DNA of 56,364 nucleotides from an uncultured Gammaproteobacteria bacterium (GTDB taxonomy: Bacteria > Pseudomonadota > Gammaproteobacteria > GCA-001735895), in the NCBI GenBank assembly GCA_964480635.1, contig CAYZQE010000003.1, positions 1 through 56,364 of the forward strand, read 5' to 3'. The translations under genes and the position numbers were made by a program. The notes beneath the pieces were generated by a model. That model saw only the letters and a program-made list of their open reading frames with translations. It was not told the origin of the DNA and did not search any database. This document shows positions 1-9,012 of this stretch, piece after piece (the stretch's first letter is position 1; every line of letters starts with the position of its first letter).

Positions 1-34
1 ACGACTAAAAAAGAAGTAATGGAGTGCTAACGGT

Positions 35-196
35 CTAGAATGAACGCTTACGTTGATACTTTGGAGGGCCGTCTTCTTTTACTTCCCAGTTTCTAACGGT
101 TTTAGTCGTGACATCTAATTTAGCTGCAATGTCGGCGTAAGAATACCGCTGTAAAGAAAGAGTGAGTAAATTACTGGTAGAAACACTTGATTTCAT
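35..196 (-). CDS. Short XRE-type helix-turn-helix protein (53 aa); controller-like, or a truncated N-terminus of an HTH-fused methyltransferase
   Basis: Hand-translated, not in the ORF track: MKSSVSTSNLLTLSLQRYSYADIAAKLDVTTKTVRNWEVKEDGPPKYQRKRSF*. YSYADIAAKLDVTTKTVRNWE is a typical HTH. It lies directly downstream of the nuclease gene; no clear SD. Confidence 0.5.
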   Translation of the reverse strand: MKSSVSTSNLLTLSLQRYSYADIAAKLDVTTKTVRNWEVKEDGPPKYQRKRSF

Positions 197-267
197 GGAG
201 GTGATCTAGGTCATAAAAGAGTAATTATTCCCCATATTTGCCCTGGATGTAAAGAAGTAAATTTACT

Positions 268-1665
268 TTATGTTGAATTAATGTCTATATCAATCTGGTT
301 TGTATAGAGCCAATTTAATAGTTTTGATTTAATTCTGAATTGGCTACGGCGTTTATTGGTTGGAGTGGTATTTATATGTTCTAGCTTGATACCGGGATCA
401 TAGTAAACGTGAGAAGAGATAAATGCATTAAGTAAATGTGTAAAAGTGGTGCCTTCAAACAGACGTATATTTGAGCAATACTGGTATTGTTTAATAGTTG
501 ATGTATTGTTTGAAATAGAGGGGATATAAACAGCTTTCGAATGTTTTTTATTCCAATGTTTCATTAGCTTTGGAAAGCTCCAGCAAGATGCTACATTCCC
601 ATTTTTATCAATTAGTGCAACATAACCATCGGCATTTGTTATTTGTTTCGTATGAATATCAAAACCATATATTTCCAAAGAGAGACCTGTTTTTTTGGAG
701 ATTCCAGAAAAGATATGGCGCCCTGTAAAGTCCATACGGTTAGGTTTTATTAGGTTTAAATAGCCATATTTTCTAACGAAAGCTTCTACGCCTTGTTCAA
801 AATAAAAACCTCCATTTGGTTCGGGAGTCATAAGCGTTAACGCTTTACTATTAATTAAGTCGCAACGTGTAACACCAAACTGCTTTATTTCCCAACCTAG
901 GAAATCCGGATCAGAATAGCCATTTGGCTTAATGCCTAATTCAGCTTCAAGTGTATAGCCACCACCATTTTGTGCTTTATATGGAAGTATATCTCCATTT
1001 TTATTTAGACGTTTGCTTTCTATCCACCCTAATTTATGGATTCTTTTCAGTTCTTGTAATAATATGTTTTTAGAAGATTCATTTTTCGAATATGGCGCAA
1101 TTTTACTAATGACCGAGGTTATTTTAATGCTATTAATGCTATTAATGCTATTAATGGTAGTGATTTCATTCGCAATAGCCGAGTTTGGAGTCGCTAAATA
1201 AGCAAATATTTTTTTATCAGGCGATATAGCAAAAATTAAAACACGCCCCTCATTTCGATCTTTTTTACTCGGATCCATCCAGCCGCCCATGTCAAATTTA
1301 GAGCCACTGATAAAGCCCGATAGGCGTACTTCAGGATATTGGGGGTAATAAATAAATTTAGTATTTGGTGCTCGATATGATTTACCTGAGTGAGAAAGCC
1401 ATGAAAAATCTAACTCAATACTGTATTTTATTTTTCGTTTCGGGTTGCTGGTTTTTTGTGAATTAGACGACGATTCATTTATTTCACCTGTTGGTATAAA
1501 GCTTAAATCAGTTAAGTGATTTGCCATATACGGTTGGTTTTTACTGTTATCGTTCGGCGATAATAATTTAAAATAAACATTGGTGGCATTCTTAGTTTTG
1601 TATAAAGCTAGTAATGACTCTAAGGTAAAATCATTTGATCCCTTCGTGTCGTAAATCGCATCCAT
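268..1665 (-). CDS. MvaI/BcnI-family restriction endonuclease with an EcoRII-N-like N-terminal domain
   Basis: GGGYTLEAELGI..N...PDFLGWEIKQ...TLMTPEP is a PD-(D/E)xK MvaI/BcnI-type core. N-terminal FKLLSPNDNSKNQ resembles the EcoRII effector-domain motif. Confidence 0.8.
   Translation of the reverse strand: MDAIYDTKGSNDFTLESLLALYKTKNATNVYFKLLSPNDNSKNQPYMANHLTDLSFIPTGEINESSSNSQKTSNPKRKIKYSIELDFSWLSHSGKSYRAPNTKFIYYPQYPEVRLSGFISGSKFDMGGWMDPSKKDRNEGRVLIFAISPDKKIFAYLATPNSAIANEITTINSINSINSIKITSVISKIAPYSKNESSKNILLQELKRIHKLGWIESKRLNKNGDILPYKAQNGGGYTLEAELGIKPNGYSDPDFLGWEIKQFGVTRCDLINSKALTLMTPEPNGGFYFEQGVEAFVRKYGYLNLIKPNRMDFTGRHIFSGISKKTGLSLEIYGFDIHTKQITNADGYVALIDKNGNVASCWSFPKLMKHWNKKHSKAVYIPSISNNTSTIKQYQYCSNIRLFEGTTFTHLLNAFISSHVYYDPGIKLEHINTTPTNKRRSQFRIKSKLLNWLYTNQIDIDINST
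1124..1156. repeat. In-frame 9-bp tandem repeat (TTAATGCTA x3 + TTAATG) inside the nuclease gene
   Basis: Read directly; encodes INSINSINS on the minus strand. Confidence 0.9.
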
Positions 1666-1756
1666 TTAAAGCTTCCTAATTGTTGATATTTACGCTCTAA
1701 AACTTTTAAAGTACTCAGCTAATATAAGCAATTTTTTTATGCTTTGATACACTTAT

Positions 1757-2983
1757 CTATGGCACGGCTAACACAGCGCAATTACATAAGTCATTACTTT
1801 CAAATTGAGTGATGTCGCCAGCTTTAAGGTTAGGCACAGGAAACACTCTGACCGTGAGTGGTTTATTTAAGCGAAAAGCCATGGTGCCTGCGTCGCGCAT
1901 TAAGGCATCAATTTTATGGGTGGGCGTATCGCCTGGAATGGGCACGGTATCTAAGCCGATGCCGCAGACTGAGCTATAGGTTAATAATGCTCTTATATCA
2001 AACTCATGCTTGATGGTGGCTTGCGCTAAACCTTGGTCTTCAGTTACTGCAAGCATTAAGCCTGAAAAGCCAACCAAAGGAATGCCTGTGATTGATTTGA
2101 ATACACGCGTTAATAGGGCAGAGGCTTCAACGGTGCCAGAGGCACCAAAGTATTCAACGCCAAGTTGCTGGTATATATCAACCATGCTTGAGCAGTCTTT
2201 AGATGGTGCGGCAGAGCTGTCTATGCCGGAAAATGAAAAGTCATTATTGTTAAATGTACGAATTATCTTTGAAATTTGATCAATTTGCTGCTGTAGTGCC
2301 ATTTGCATGGCCTTAAAATAGGCCGCCATCTTTTCGTTGTGGCTTAAATGATGATTATTTTGATTGAGGCCTTTTAATACTTCGACGAGTAAGTCTGGCG
2401 TTTCTAAACCAACTACAAATTGATTGCCTAATGAACTTTTATGATAGCTGGCAGGAAAATAAGGAATTAATGGTTGGCAGTTAAAATTAACCGTAAAGTT
2501 AAAATTACCTTCACCCCTTGGAGTGATCTTGCTAATGCTTTGTACGGCTTGGCTGCAACAGCTGATTAATTCGTTATCCAATATGCCTTTGTCATCAAGT
2601 GGGATATTTACGCATGCATTGCATAGGTCGCCGTAGTCCTTTATTAATTCGGGTAGAAGAGAAATTTCATGTTGATTAACCGCTTCCCCAATGGCAAAGC
2701 GAATGCGTAAACCGCCTAAATTGAGGTTGTTTAACAATTCACTGATTAAAGCTAACCCCGCTTTGGCGCTGTTTAATGACGTTGTATTTAGATATTCACC
2801 AAAAGCATTAGTCACAATGCGAATAGATTGGACGGTATAACCTTGTTGTTCAAACTGTTGGCTTAAGTCAGCACAAAACTGTGCTGCATGGGTAATTAAA
2901 TTGCTCCATGTTTTTGAGTCTTTATTGAGCGCTAAAAAGGTCGTTATTGTGCGTACGCGGCAAAGGTTGGTTTTTGAATTCAT
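1757..2983 (-). CDS. DUF711 (UPF0210) family protein
   Basis: GFSGLMLAVTED, SVCGIGLDTVPIPGD and KPLTVRVFPVP motifs. Confidence 0.85.
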   Translation of the reverse strand: MNSKTNLCRVRTITTFLALNKDSKTWSNLITHAAQFCADLSQQFEQQGYTVQSIRIVTNAFGEYLNTTSLNSAKAGLALISELLNNLNLGGLRIRFAIGEAVNQHEISLLPELIKDYGDLCNACVNIPLDDKGILDNELISCCSQAVQSISKITPRGEGNFNFTVNFNCQPLIPYFPASYHKSSLGNQFVVGLETPDLLVEVLKGLNQNNHHLSHNEKMAAYFKAMQMALQQQIDQISKIIRTFNNNDFSFSGIDSSAAPSKDCSSMVDIYQQLGVEYFGASGTVEASALLTRVFKSITGIPLVGFSGLMLAVTEDQGLAQATIKHEFDIRALLTYSSVCGIGLDTVPIPGDTPTHKIDALMRDAGTMAFRLNKPLTVRVFPVPNLKAGDITQFESNDLCNCAVLAVP

Positions 2984-3042
2984 AGTTTTATTTTATCGCC
3001 TTCGCCATAGATGTAAATGCCAATATTCATAGCGACCTAAGT

Positions 3043-4053
3043 TTAGTTTTTTAAATAATGGCTAATGCGCTGTTCTAGCCAAAACTTAGGTTTAAAAGGG
3101 TTTGTTCCGCTGACAAAGCCAACATGGCCGCCGCCATTTGTTTTTTCTAAGATAACATTATTGGGTAATTCATCTGGTGTGGGTAACACTTGTTGAGTCA
3201 TAAACGGGTCGTCAATAGAGTGAATGATGAGCGTTGGCACGGTAATGCTCTTAATAAATTGACGGGAACTTGATTGTCGGTAGTAATCATCAGCATTTTT
3301 AAATCCATGCAGCGTCGCGACCACTTGGTCATCATATTGCCAAAAAGATTTTACGTTGTTTAAGTTGCCTAAACGGTTTATTTTTTCAGCTTCTTCGCTT
3401 TCATTAATGCTTTTAAGGAAAGCTGATTTTTGTAATACAAATTGTTTTAAAGGGGTCATTAAATAGCGGCGATAGATTTTTGAAAAACCTTTGTCGAGCT
3501 TGCTAGCACAAACGTTAAGCAGCATAGGGACAGAAACAGCAATAGCTCCTTTAACGGTGCTTTTTAGGCCTTGTTCCCCCAGCCATTTAAGCAAGACATT
3601 GCCGCCTAATGAAAAGCCAATGACATAAATGTCAGTGTTAGGTTCTTGTGCTTTTAGCGTTTGATAGACCTGTTCAATATCGCCAGTATCGCCAGAATGA
3701 TAAGCACGTGCTTTTAAATTTTGTTCGCCACTACAGCCACGAAAGTTAAGTGCAACACTACGCCAACCAATGGATGCAATACTTTGTTGCATGCCTAAAA
3801 CATAGGCGGAGCTAGAGCTGCCAGCAAGGCCGTGCATGATAATCACTAAGGGTTGAGTGTCATCGCTGTTTTCAGTGTGCCAGTCACAATCTAAAAAGTC
3901 ACCGTCAGGTGTCGTAATGCGTTTGCGTGTCCTGTTTAAGTTAATTTTTGATCGAAATAAGGTGGGATAAAGCGTTTGGATATGGCAGTTGTTTAACCAC
4001 CAAGCAGGTTTAAAAGGGGGTGATTGCAAGCTTATGTTTTTGTCATTGAGCAT
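3043..4053 (-). CDS. YheT-like alpha/beta hydrolase
   Basis: HIQTL, TPDGDF, HGLAGS, GFSLGG nucleophile elbow, DDPF, GGHVGF. Confidence 0.88.
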   Translation of the reverse strand: MLNDKNISLQSPPFKPAWWLNNCHIQTLYPTLFRSKINLNRTRKRITTPDGDFLDCDWHTENSDDTQPLVIIMHGLAGSSSSAYVLGMQQSIASIGWRSVALNFRGCSGEQNLKARAYHSGDTGDIEQVYQTLKAQEPNTDIYVIGFSLGGNVLLKWLGEQGLKSTVKGAIAVSVPMLLNVCASKLDKGFSKIYRRYLMTPLKQFVLQKSAFLKSINESEEAEKINRLGNLNNVKSFWQYDDQVVATLHGFKNADDYYRQSSSRQFIKSITVPTLIIHSIDDPFMTQQVLPTPDELPNNVILEKTNGGGHVGFVSGTNPFKPKFWLEQRISHYLKN

Positions 4054-4090
4054 GAGTTAATTGTTTTAAAGAAAGACTGCAATCTTAAAC

Positions 4091-4130
4091 AAAAAAGCGG
4101 TTTAACCAAAGCTTCCCAGAGTTAAACCGC
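4091..4130 (-). terminator. Rho-independent terminator after DUF1127 copy 2
   Basis: GCGGTTTAAC...GTTAAACCGC stem with A6 on the plus strand (U6 on minus). Confidence 0.75.
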
Positions 4131-4142
4131 AACAAGGAATTT

Positions 4143-4343
4143 TTATTGCCAAAAAGGGTTTTTAGCCGATTTTAGAGCTTGCTGTTGAGATATACCGATG
4201 TCATTTAAGAGATAAGGCTTAAGGCTTCTTAAATATTGACGTTGTTCATTCATTTTTTTCCAACAGCTCAAGATAGCCATCATATGACTTTGCTTTTTAC
4301 TAGTTTGAGTTAATGTGTGTTTTGCGGATGATATGATTGTCAT
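4143..4343 (-). CDS. DUF1127 (YjiS-like) small protein, 66 aa
   Basis: W......R..L..L....L.DIGIS...A...A..PFW pattern. Start moved to ATG 4343, which follows an AGGAGG SD. Confidence 0.85.
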   Translation of the reverse strand: MTIISSAKHTLTQTSKKQSHMMAILSCWKKMNEQRQYLRSLKPYLLNDIGISQQQALKSAKNPFWQ

Positions 4344-4400
4344 GATGCGACCTCCTAATTGGTTTGGATTTAATGTGATGAAAAACAAGTTTAAGGGATT

Positions 4401-4469
4401 AACTGTCATGAAAGAATATTCAGTTTATTATAAAATACTAATATACAGTTTGACTTGACGCTGACAGTT
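4401..4469. promoter_or_regulatory. AACTGT/ACAGTT operator array upstream of DUF1127 copy 2
   Basis: AACTGT 4401, TCAGTT 4420, ACAGTT 4445, ACAGTT 4464. Confidence 0.6.
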
Positions 4470-4520
4470 TTATCTGGCGATTAAAAAACCAGAGACCGCT
4501 TATAACCCATAGTTGTTTTC

Positions 4521-4552
4521 AAAAAAGCAGCTTAAGGATATCCTTAAGCTGC
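4521..4552 (-). terminator. Rho-independent terminator after DUF1127 copy 1
   Basis: Perfect palindrome GCAGCTTAAGGATATCCTTAAGCTGC with A6 on the plus strand. Confidence 0.8.
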
Positions 4553-4562
4553 AACAATAAAT

Positions 4563-4763
4563 TTATTTCCAAAAAGGAAGTTTGGCTTCTGTCAGGGCTT
4601 CTTGCCTTGTAATACCAAGATCGTTTAATTGATGTTGATCTAATTGGGCAAGTGCTTGACGTTGAGCGCGGCGATCCATCCATGTTTGAATGGTCGCCAT
4701 CACGTTAATTTTTGTGTTAAGAGAATGGGATAAAGTGTTTTGTGCGATTGATAATGTTGTCAT
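4563..4763 (-). CDS. DUF1127 (YjiS-like) small protein, 66 aa
   Basis: WMDRRAQRQALAQLDQHQLNDLGITRQEA...KLPFWK; AGGAGG SD. Confidence 0.9.
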   Translation of the reverse strand: MTTLSIAQNTLSHSLNTKINVMATIQTWMDRRAQRQALAQLDQHQLNDLGITRQEALTEAKLPFWK

Positions 4764-4850
4764 GATGCTACCTCCTGGATAGATCTGAAGTTAATTGCTA
4801 AGTTAACTAATAACCCTCTGCTATTAGTATGGTAGAGAGTTTAGGGGGCA

Positions 4851-4919
4851 AACTGTTATAAGAACAGTTACAGTTTTTAATTAATGTTTGAGTTACAGTT
4901 TTAAAATAAAATAACAGTT
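4851..4919. promoter_or_regulatory. AACTGT/ACAGTT operator array upstream of DUF1127 copy 1
   Basis: AACTGT 4851; ACAGTT 4864, 4870, 4895, 4914. Confidence 0.65.
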
Positions 4920-4943
4920 GTCATGGCTTTAATCAAAACGGCT

Positions 4944-7349
4944 TTAAATGAGGAGCTCAACTACTGATGTTGATTCTTTATCTAAATTTTCGGCACTGAG
5001 ACAATTTAATATTTTGGCAGGCTGTATGTGTTTTATCTTTGTTAAATAGGTTTTAACGCTAGCAGATCGGTTATCGGCCAAGATTTTCATTGCTTGATGT
5101 AATTCATCGTTACTAACCACTAATTGTTTTAAAGCAGCCTCTTTTTGTTTTGGCTTGAGCGCCTTACCCTTTTGTTGTTTTAGTAGCGCTTGTTTTTTTA
5201 CATCTAATAATTGTTGTTTAATATCTGATTGATCGTTTAAAGAAGCAATGCCGCAAGCTTTAATTTTAATGCCGGGGCGTTCAACTAATATGCTTGCTAC
5301 TTTATCAAGCAATTCTTTTTGTTTAGGGGCCAACTTAAATGCATTAGTACTAAAGCTAATGGGCGCTAAAGAAATGCTACTGGCTGCATCGCTAGCAAGA
5401 CTGAACAGTGTGACTAAAGAGCTAAAGGGCTGTAAAGCATGCTTTAAATAACTCATTGATGCCGCTTTCATAGCAAGTCCCATGGCTTTATTAATAATTA
5501 GGCTCAAGTCGAAGTCAGGCTTTTTAATGTTACCACCAACCGGCATTTCTAGATCGATGATATTGTGTTTATCTTTTAACGTTGATAAGGCTAAATCAAT
5601 CGACATGCCAGACGCGCCTGAAATTTCAGCCGCAGTTTCTTTGTTGGTTTCAATCACTTCAATAGAATCTATTTTTAATACAATGTGGGTGTCTATTTCT
5701 TGCTGTTTTATTGAGCCTTTAATCAATGTATCCACGACGCCACTTTTTACACCATAACCCATGCTTCTACTGGTATAAGATGACACGGGTGGTAAATCTA
5801 ATTGTTTAATGTCAATCGTATAAGATAAGTCTTTGGTCGGATCAAAAAGGAGCCCTTTGCCGCTGATATCAATGCTTGTGTAATCGCCTTGCTTTAGCGC
5901 TAAATTAAAGTTGGCGAGATTTTCACTCGACATATTATCAATATCAATTTTGTTAAAATGCAAGGTTGTATTGTAATTAGGCTGCACACTAAGATCGTTA
6001 AAATGCAATAAACCGGGTTTACTTAAGCGAATCTGAGCAATGTTTATTGTCAAAGGCTTGGTTTCATCATTGTTATTTTCAATTGTTTTATCATCTTGTT
6101 TAAAACGTTTGAGAATAGGGTCAATTAACGCCAAGTGAGTCACTTGTTGTTTCTCAGATAGGGTAACATCAATATTAGGTTGTTGGATGTTAACGAGCAT
6201 CAATTTAATACTGGCATTTTCAGTATCAAATTTAAACAGCTTTAAAGAGACGGCTTCAATGCTTAATAGTTTTTTATTTTTATCATTATTTAATAACTGA
6301 ATGCCCTTAAGTGTTAAATCGCTAAAGCTAATTTTTTGTTGATCAAAATGTAAATCATTAAGGGTGAGGTGATTAATTGATTTAAGTAATGTGGAAGTTG
6401 CTAAATCGCTTAATTGACTATTGGTTAGTTCGAGTTTGGCATCAAGGATAACATCACTGCCATGAATGCTGGCTTTACCCTGTGTACTCATTTTATCCAG
6501 TGAATACTCTAGTTGTTGATAGTGAGCTTTTAAGTGAGTTAATTCGATTTTGTGGTTAATATTGCCTTTAATTTGTTCACCCAGAGCAAGGTCAAATTGC
6601 ACATCAATATCAATGTTTGCATTCAGTTTGTCTAGGTGTTCTTTATAAAATTTTTGGTAAGGTTGGGTGTTTAGGCCAGTTATCGCTAAAGAGCCTTTCA
6701 CGGCTCTGATGTCGGTAAATAAGGTGAGATTCAGTCCAGCGTCTATCGCTGTATTTCCCTCAGCTAATAGCAAGCTGACTTTGGCTACAGAGTCTTTTTC
6801 CCAAGAGATTAAATTTTTAAGGGTTATGGCTTTTACAATAATATTTTGTTTTAAACCCTGTTCAGAATAGCTAATAGCACTGTTTAAAAAAGAAAATGAA
6901 TTGACGGAAAATTCAAGTGGTTTTGATTCGTCAGGCTTATTGTCATCAGGCGCAGCTGTTTTAGATGCAGGCAGTTGGTAGCCATTAATAGAAATTTTAT
7001 CTTCATCGCGTAGAACAACGGCATTAAGTGATTCTATCGAGATATCTTCAATAACGATTCTTGATTGAAATAATGCTGACATATCAATATCAACATACAC
7101 TCGCTCTAACGTTAATGCAGGCTGTTCGTTAAACACAGCTTTGAGCTTTTTTAGTTCAAATCGCCCGGTAAATAAATTAAGGTTTATATCGTCAATAGTG
7201 GCTTCACTAGCGCCTTGTTTTTTAAGTGCATATTGAGCACCCCATTGAATCGTTAAGGGTAATAACGTTAAAATAAGGCCAATAACAATGAGAGTGATTA
7301 ACGTGATTTTAATGCGACGATTTGCGATAAGAGATTGAATAAAAGTCAT
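4944..7349 (-). CDS. DUF748-domain envelope protein with OmpA-like C-terminus
   Basis: N-terminal TM anchor, beta-rich repeats, LSTLKDKHNIIDLEMPVGGNIKKPDF typical of DUF748, C-terminal LADNRSASVKTYL. Confidence 0.75.
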   Translation of the reverse strand: MTFIQSLIANRRIKITLITLIVIGLILTLLPLTIQWGAQYALKKQGASEATIDDINLNLFTGRFELKKLKAVFNEQPALTLERVYVDIDMSALFQSRIVIEDISIESLNAVVLRDEDKISINGYQLPASKTAAPDDNKPDESKPLEFSVNSFSFLNSAISYSEQGLKQNIIVKAITLKNLISWEKDSVAKVSLLLAEGNTAIDAGLNLTLFTDIRAVKGSLAITGLNTQPYQKFYKEHLDKLNANIDIDVQFDLALGEQIKGNINHKIELTHLKAHYQQLEYSLDKMSTQGKASIHGSDVILDAKLELTNSQLSDLATSTLLKSINHLTLNDLHFDQQKISFSDLTLKGIQLLNNDKNKKLLSIEAVSLKLFKFDTENASIKLMLVNIQQPNIDVTLSEKQQVTHLALIDPILKRFKQDDKTIENNNDETKPLTINIAQIRLSKPGLLHFNDLSVQPNYNTTLHFNKIDIDNMSSENLANFNLALKQGDYTSIDISGKGLLFDPTKDLSYTIDIKQLDLPPVSSYTSRSMGYGVKSGVVDTLIKGSIKQQEIDTHIVLKIDSIEVIETNKETAAEISGASGMSIDLALSTLKDKHNIIDLEMPVGGNIKKPDFDLSLIINKAMGLAMKAASMSYLKHALQPFSSLVTLFSLASDAASSISLAPISFSTNAFKLAPKQKELLDKVASILVERPGIKIKACGIASLNDQSDIKQQLLDVKKQALLKQQKGKALKPKQKEAALKQLVVSNDELHQAMKILADNRSASVKTYLTKIKHIQPAKILNCLSAENLDKESTSVVELLI

Positions 7350-7567
7350 GATAATAGTGGTTTTAGAGGTGCAAAAGGCATGTTCATATTAAGTAATGAA
7401 ATGAATGCGGCATAGTAGCTGTGACGCAGAGGCGGTATTTAACAGTAAAAAGGGTTGAATATCTAGTTTACTAAAGCCTTTGTGGGATAAAAGATCAATG
7501 TTTCTGCCTCAAATTGCACCATAGGTTATGATTAGGGTCATAAAATTCAGCCATAATTTAAAATACA

Positions 7568-8308
7568 ATGACTCACCCCTTATTAAAACCATCAGGCGTA
7601 CACCCAAGCTGGCTTCCGGTGCTTGAAAAAGCTTTATCGGTGGTGGATTCAGACTATTTAAAGGGCTTATTAGGCGATGATGAATGGTTGCCCGGCATGG
7701 GTTATGTTTTTGCAGCTTTCAGTCAAAATATAAATAATCTGCGTTATGTTTTATTTGGTGAATCGCCATACCCCCGAAAAAAATCAAGTGTTGGCGTCGC
7801 GTTTCTTGATGGCATGGTGACGGACTTATGGTCGAGCACCGGATTGTCAAAAGAGGTCAATAAGGCTACTTCTTTAAGAAATATGATAAAAACAATGCTG
7901 GTTGCTGATGGTTATCTCGAGCCAAAAGGGGTTTCTCAAGACGCGATTAGCCAGATAAATAAAACTGAATTAGTGACGACTATTCAAGAGCTGTTTAATA
8001 ACTTAGAGAGCGAAGGTTTTTTACTTTTAAATGCCACACCGGTGCTACACCCAAAAAGAAAACCGAATAAAGAGTCTAAGTTTTGGTATGACTTTAATAA
8101 TGTGTTGCTTCAGGAGATTCTTAAAATTAAAGTTGATAACTCTCCCCAATTAATTTTATGGGGGAGTATTGCAAAAACGATCACTTCTTATGAGGTGTCT
8201 CAATCGTACCGTATTATAAAAACAGAGCATCCGTACAATATTAGCTTTATTAATAACGCATCATCTTTGAAGCTATTTGCTCAAGTTTCGCCGCTAAAAA
8301 AACGTTAG
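7568..8308 (+). CDS. Uracil-DNA glycosylase superfamily protein (family-1-like, GESPY variant)
   Basis: W-PVL start, VLFGESPYP motif A, G.LLLNAT, LILWG..A, EHPYN motif B. Confidence 0.75.
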   Translation: MTHPLLKPSGVHPSWLPVLEKALSVVDSDYLKGLLGDDEWLPGMGYVFAAFSQNINNLRYVLFGESPYPRKKSSVGVAFLDGMVTDLWSSTGLSKEVNKATSLRNMIKTMLVADGYLEPKGVSQDAISQINKTELVTTIQELFNNLESEGFLLLNATPVLHPKRKPNKESKFWYDFNNVLLQEILKIKVDNSPQLILWGSIAKTITSYEVSQSYRIIKTEHPYNISFINNASSLKLFAQVSPLKKR

Positions 8309-8328
8309 GATTGATTTTTAAATAAGGC

Positions 8329-9012
8329 TTAAGGTATAAAGATTTGAAAGCTACCGCCACTCAGTTTTTGCTCATTTTTTAAAGCAATAGAGCCTTTTTT
8401 GTCTTGTTTTTTATGGTTGGCGGCTATTTCTGATGCGAAATACAAACCTAAGCCCGTGCTGCCGCTTGACGTATCAATGTTCTGTTTAATGTATTTGCTC
8501 GCGGCGATCATGGCGTCAGGATAGCCAACACCATCATCATCAATTTGTAGGCAAAGCTGTTCATCTATAAGCGTTGCAGAAATTAATATTTTACTTTTGC
8601 TATATCGAATGCTGTTGCTGATAATGTTATTAAGGACAATGCGTAATAAATTGGCATCTAAAAACCAAACTAACTCATCATCGCAATCATAGTTCAGTTC
8701 AATCCTTTTAGATTTAGCTAAAAACGTATGCGCAGCCATGCCATCTTCAATTAAATCAATGAGGTAAGTTTCTTCTATGTTTAGGCCAAGCTGTTGTTTT
8801 TCCAACTTATAAATGACCAATAATTCCATTAACGAGGTGTTAATGCGGCTGGCCTCATAACGCAGGCTAGAAATTGAATCAGTTTTTTCTTGGTCACCTT
8901 CTAATTGTGCGCCGATGGTTTCTAATTCGTGCATGACGAGACCAAGAGAGTTTTTCATATCATGGATGCTCGAAGCTAAAAGTGTTTCAAAGATAGATTG
9001 ATTAGTTTGCAT
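8329..9012 (-). CDS. Soluble histidine kinase (HisKA + HATPase only)
   Basis: H-box SSIHDMKNSL, N-box NIISNSIRY, DDDGVGY, GSTGLGLYF; no TM segment. Confidence 0.88.
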   Translation of the reverse strand: MQTNQSIFETLLASSIHDMKNSLGLVMHELETIGAQLEGDQEKTDSISSLRYEASRINTSLMELLVIYKLEKQQLGLNIEETYLIDLIEDGMAAHTFLAKSKRIELNYDCDDELVWFLDANLLRIVLNNIISNSIRYSKSKILISATLIDEQLCLQIDDDGVGYPDAMIAASKYIKQNIDTSSGSTGLGLYFASEIAANHKKQDKKGSIALKNEQKLSGGSFQIFIP

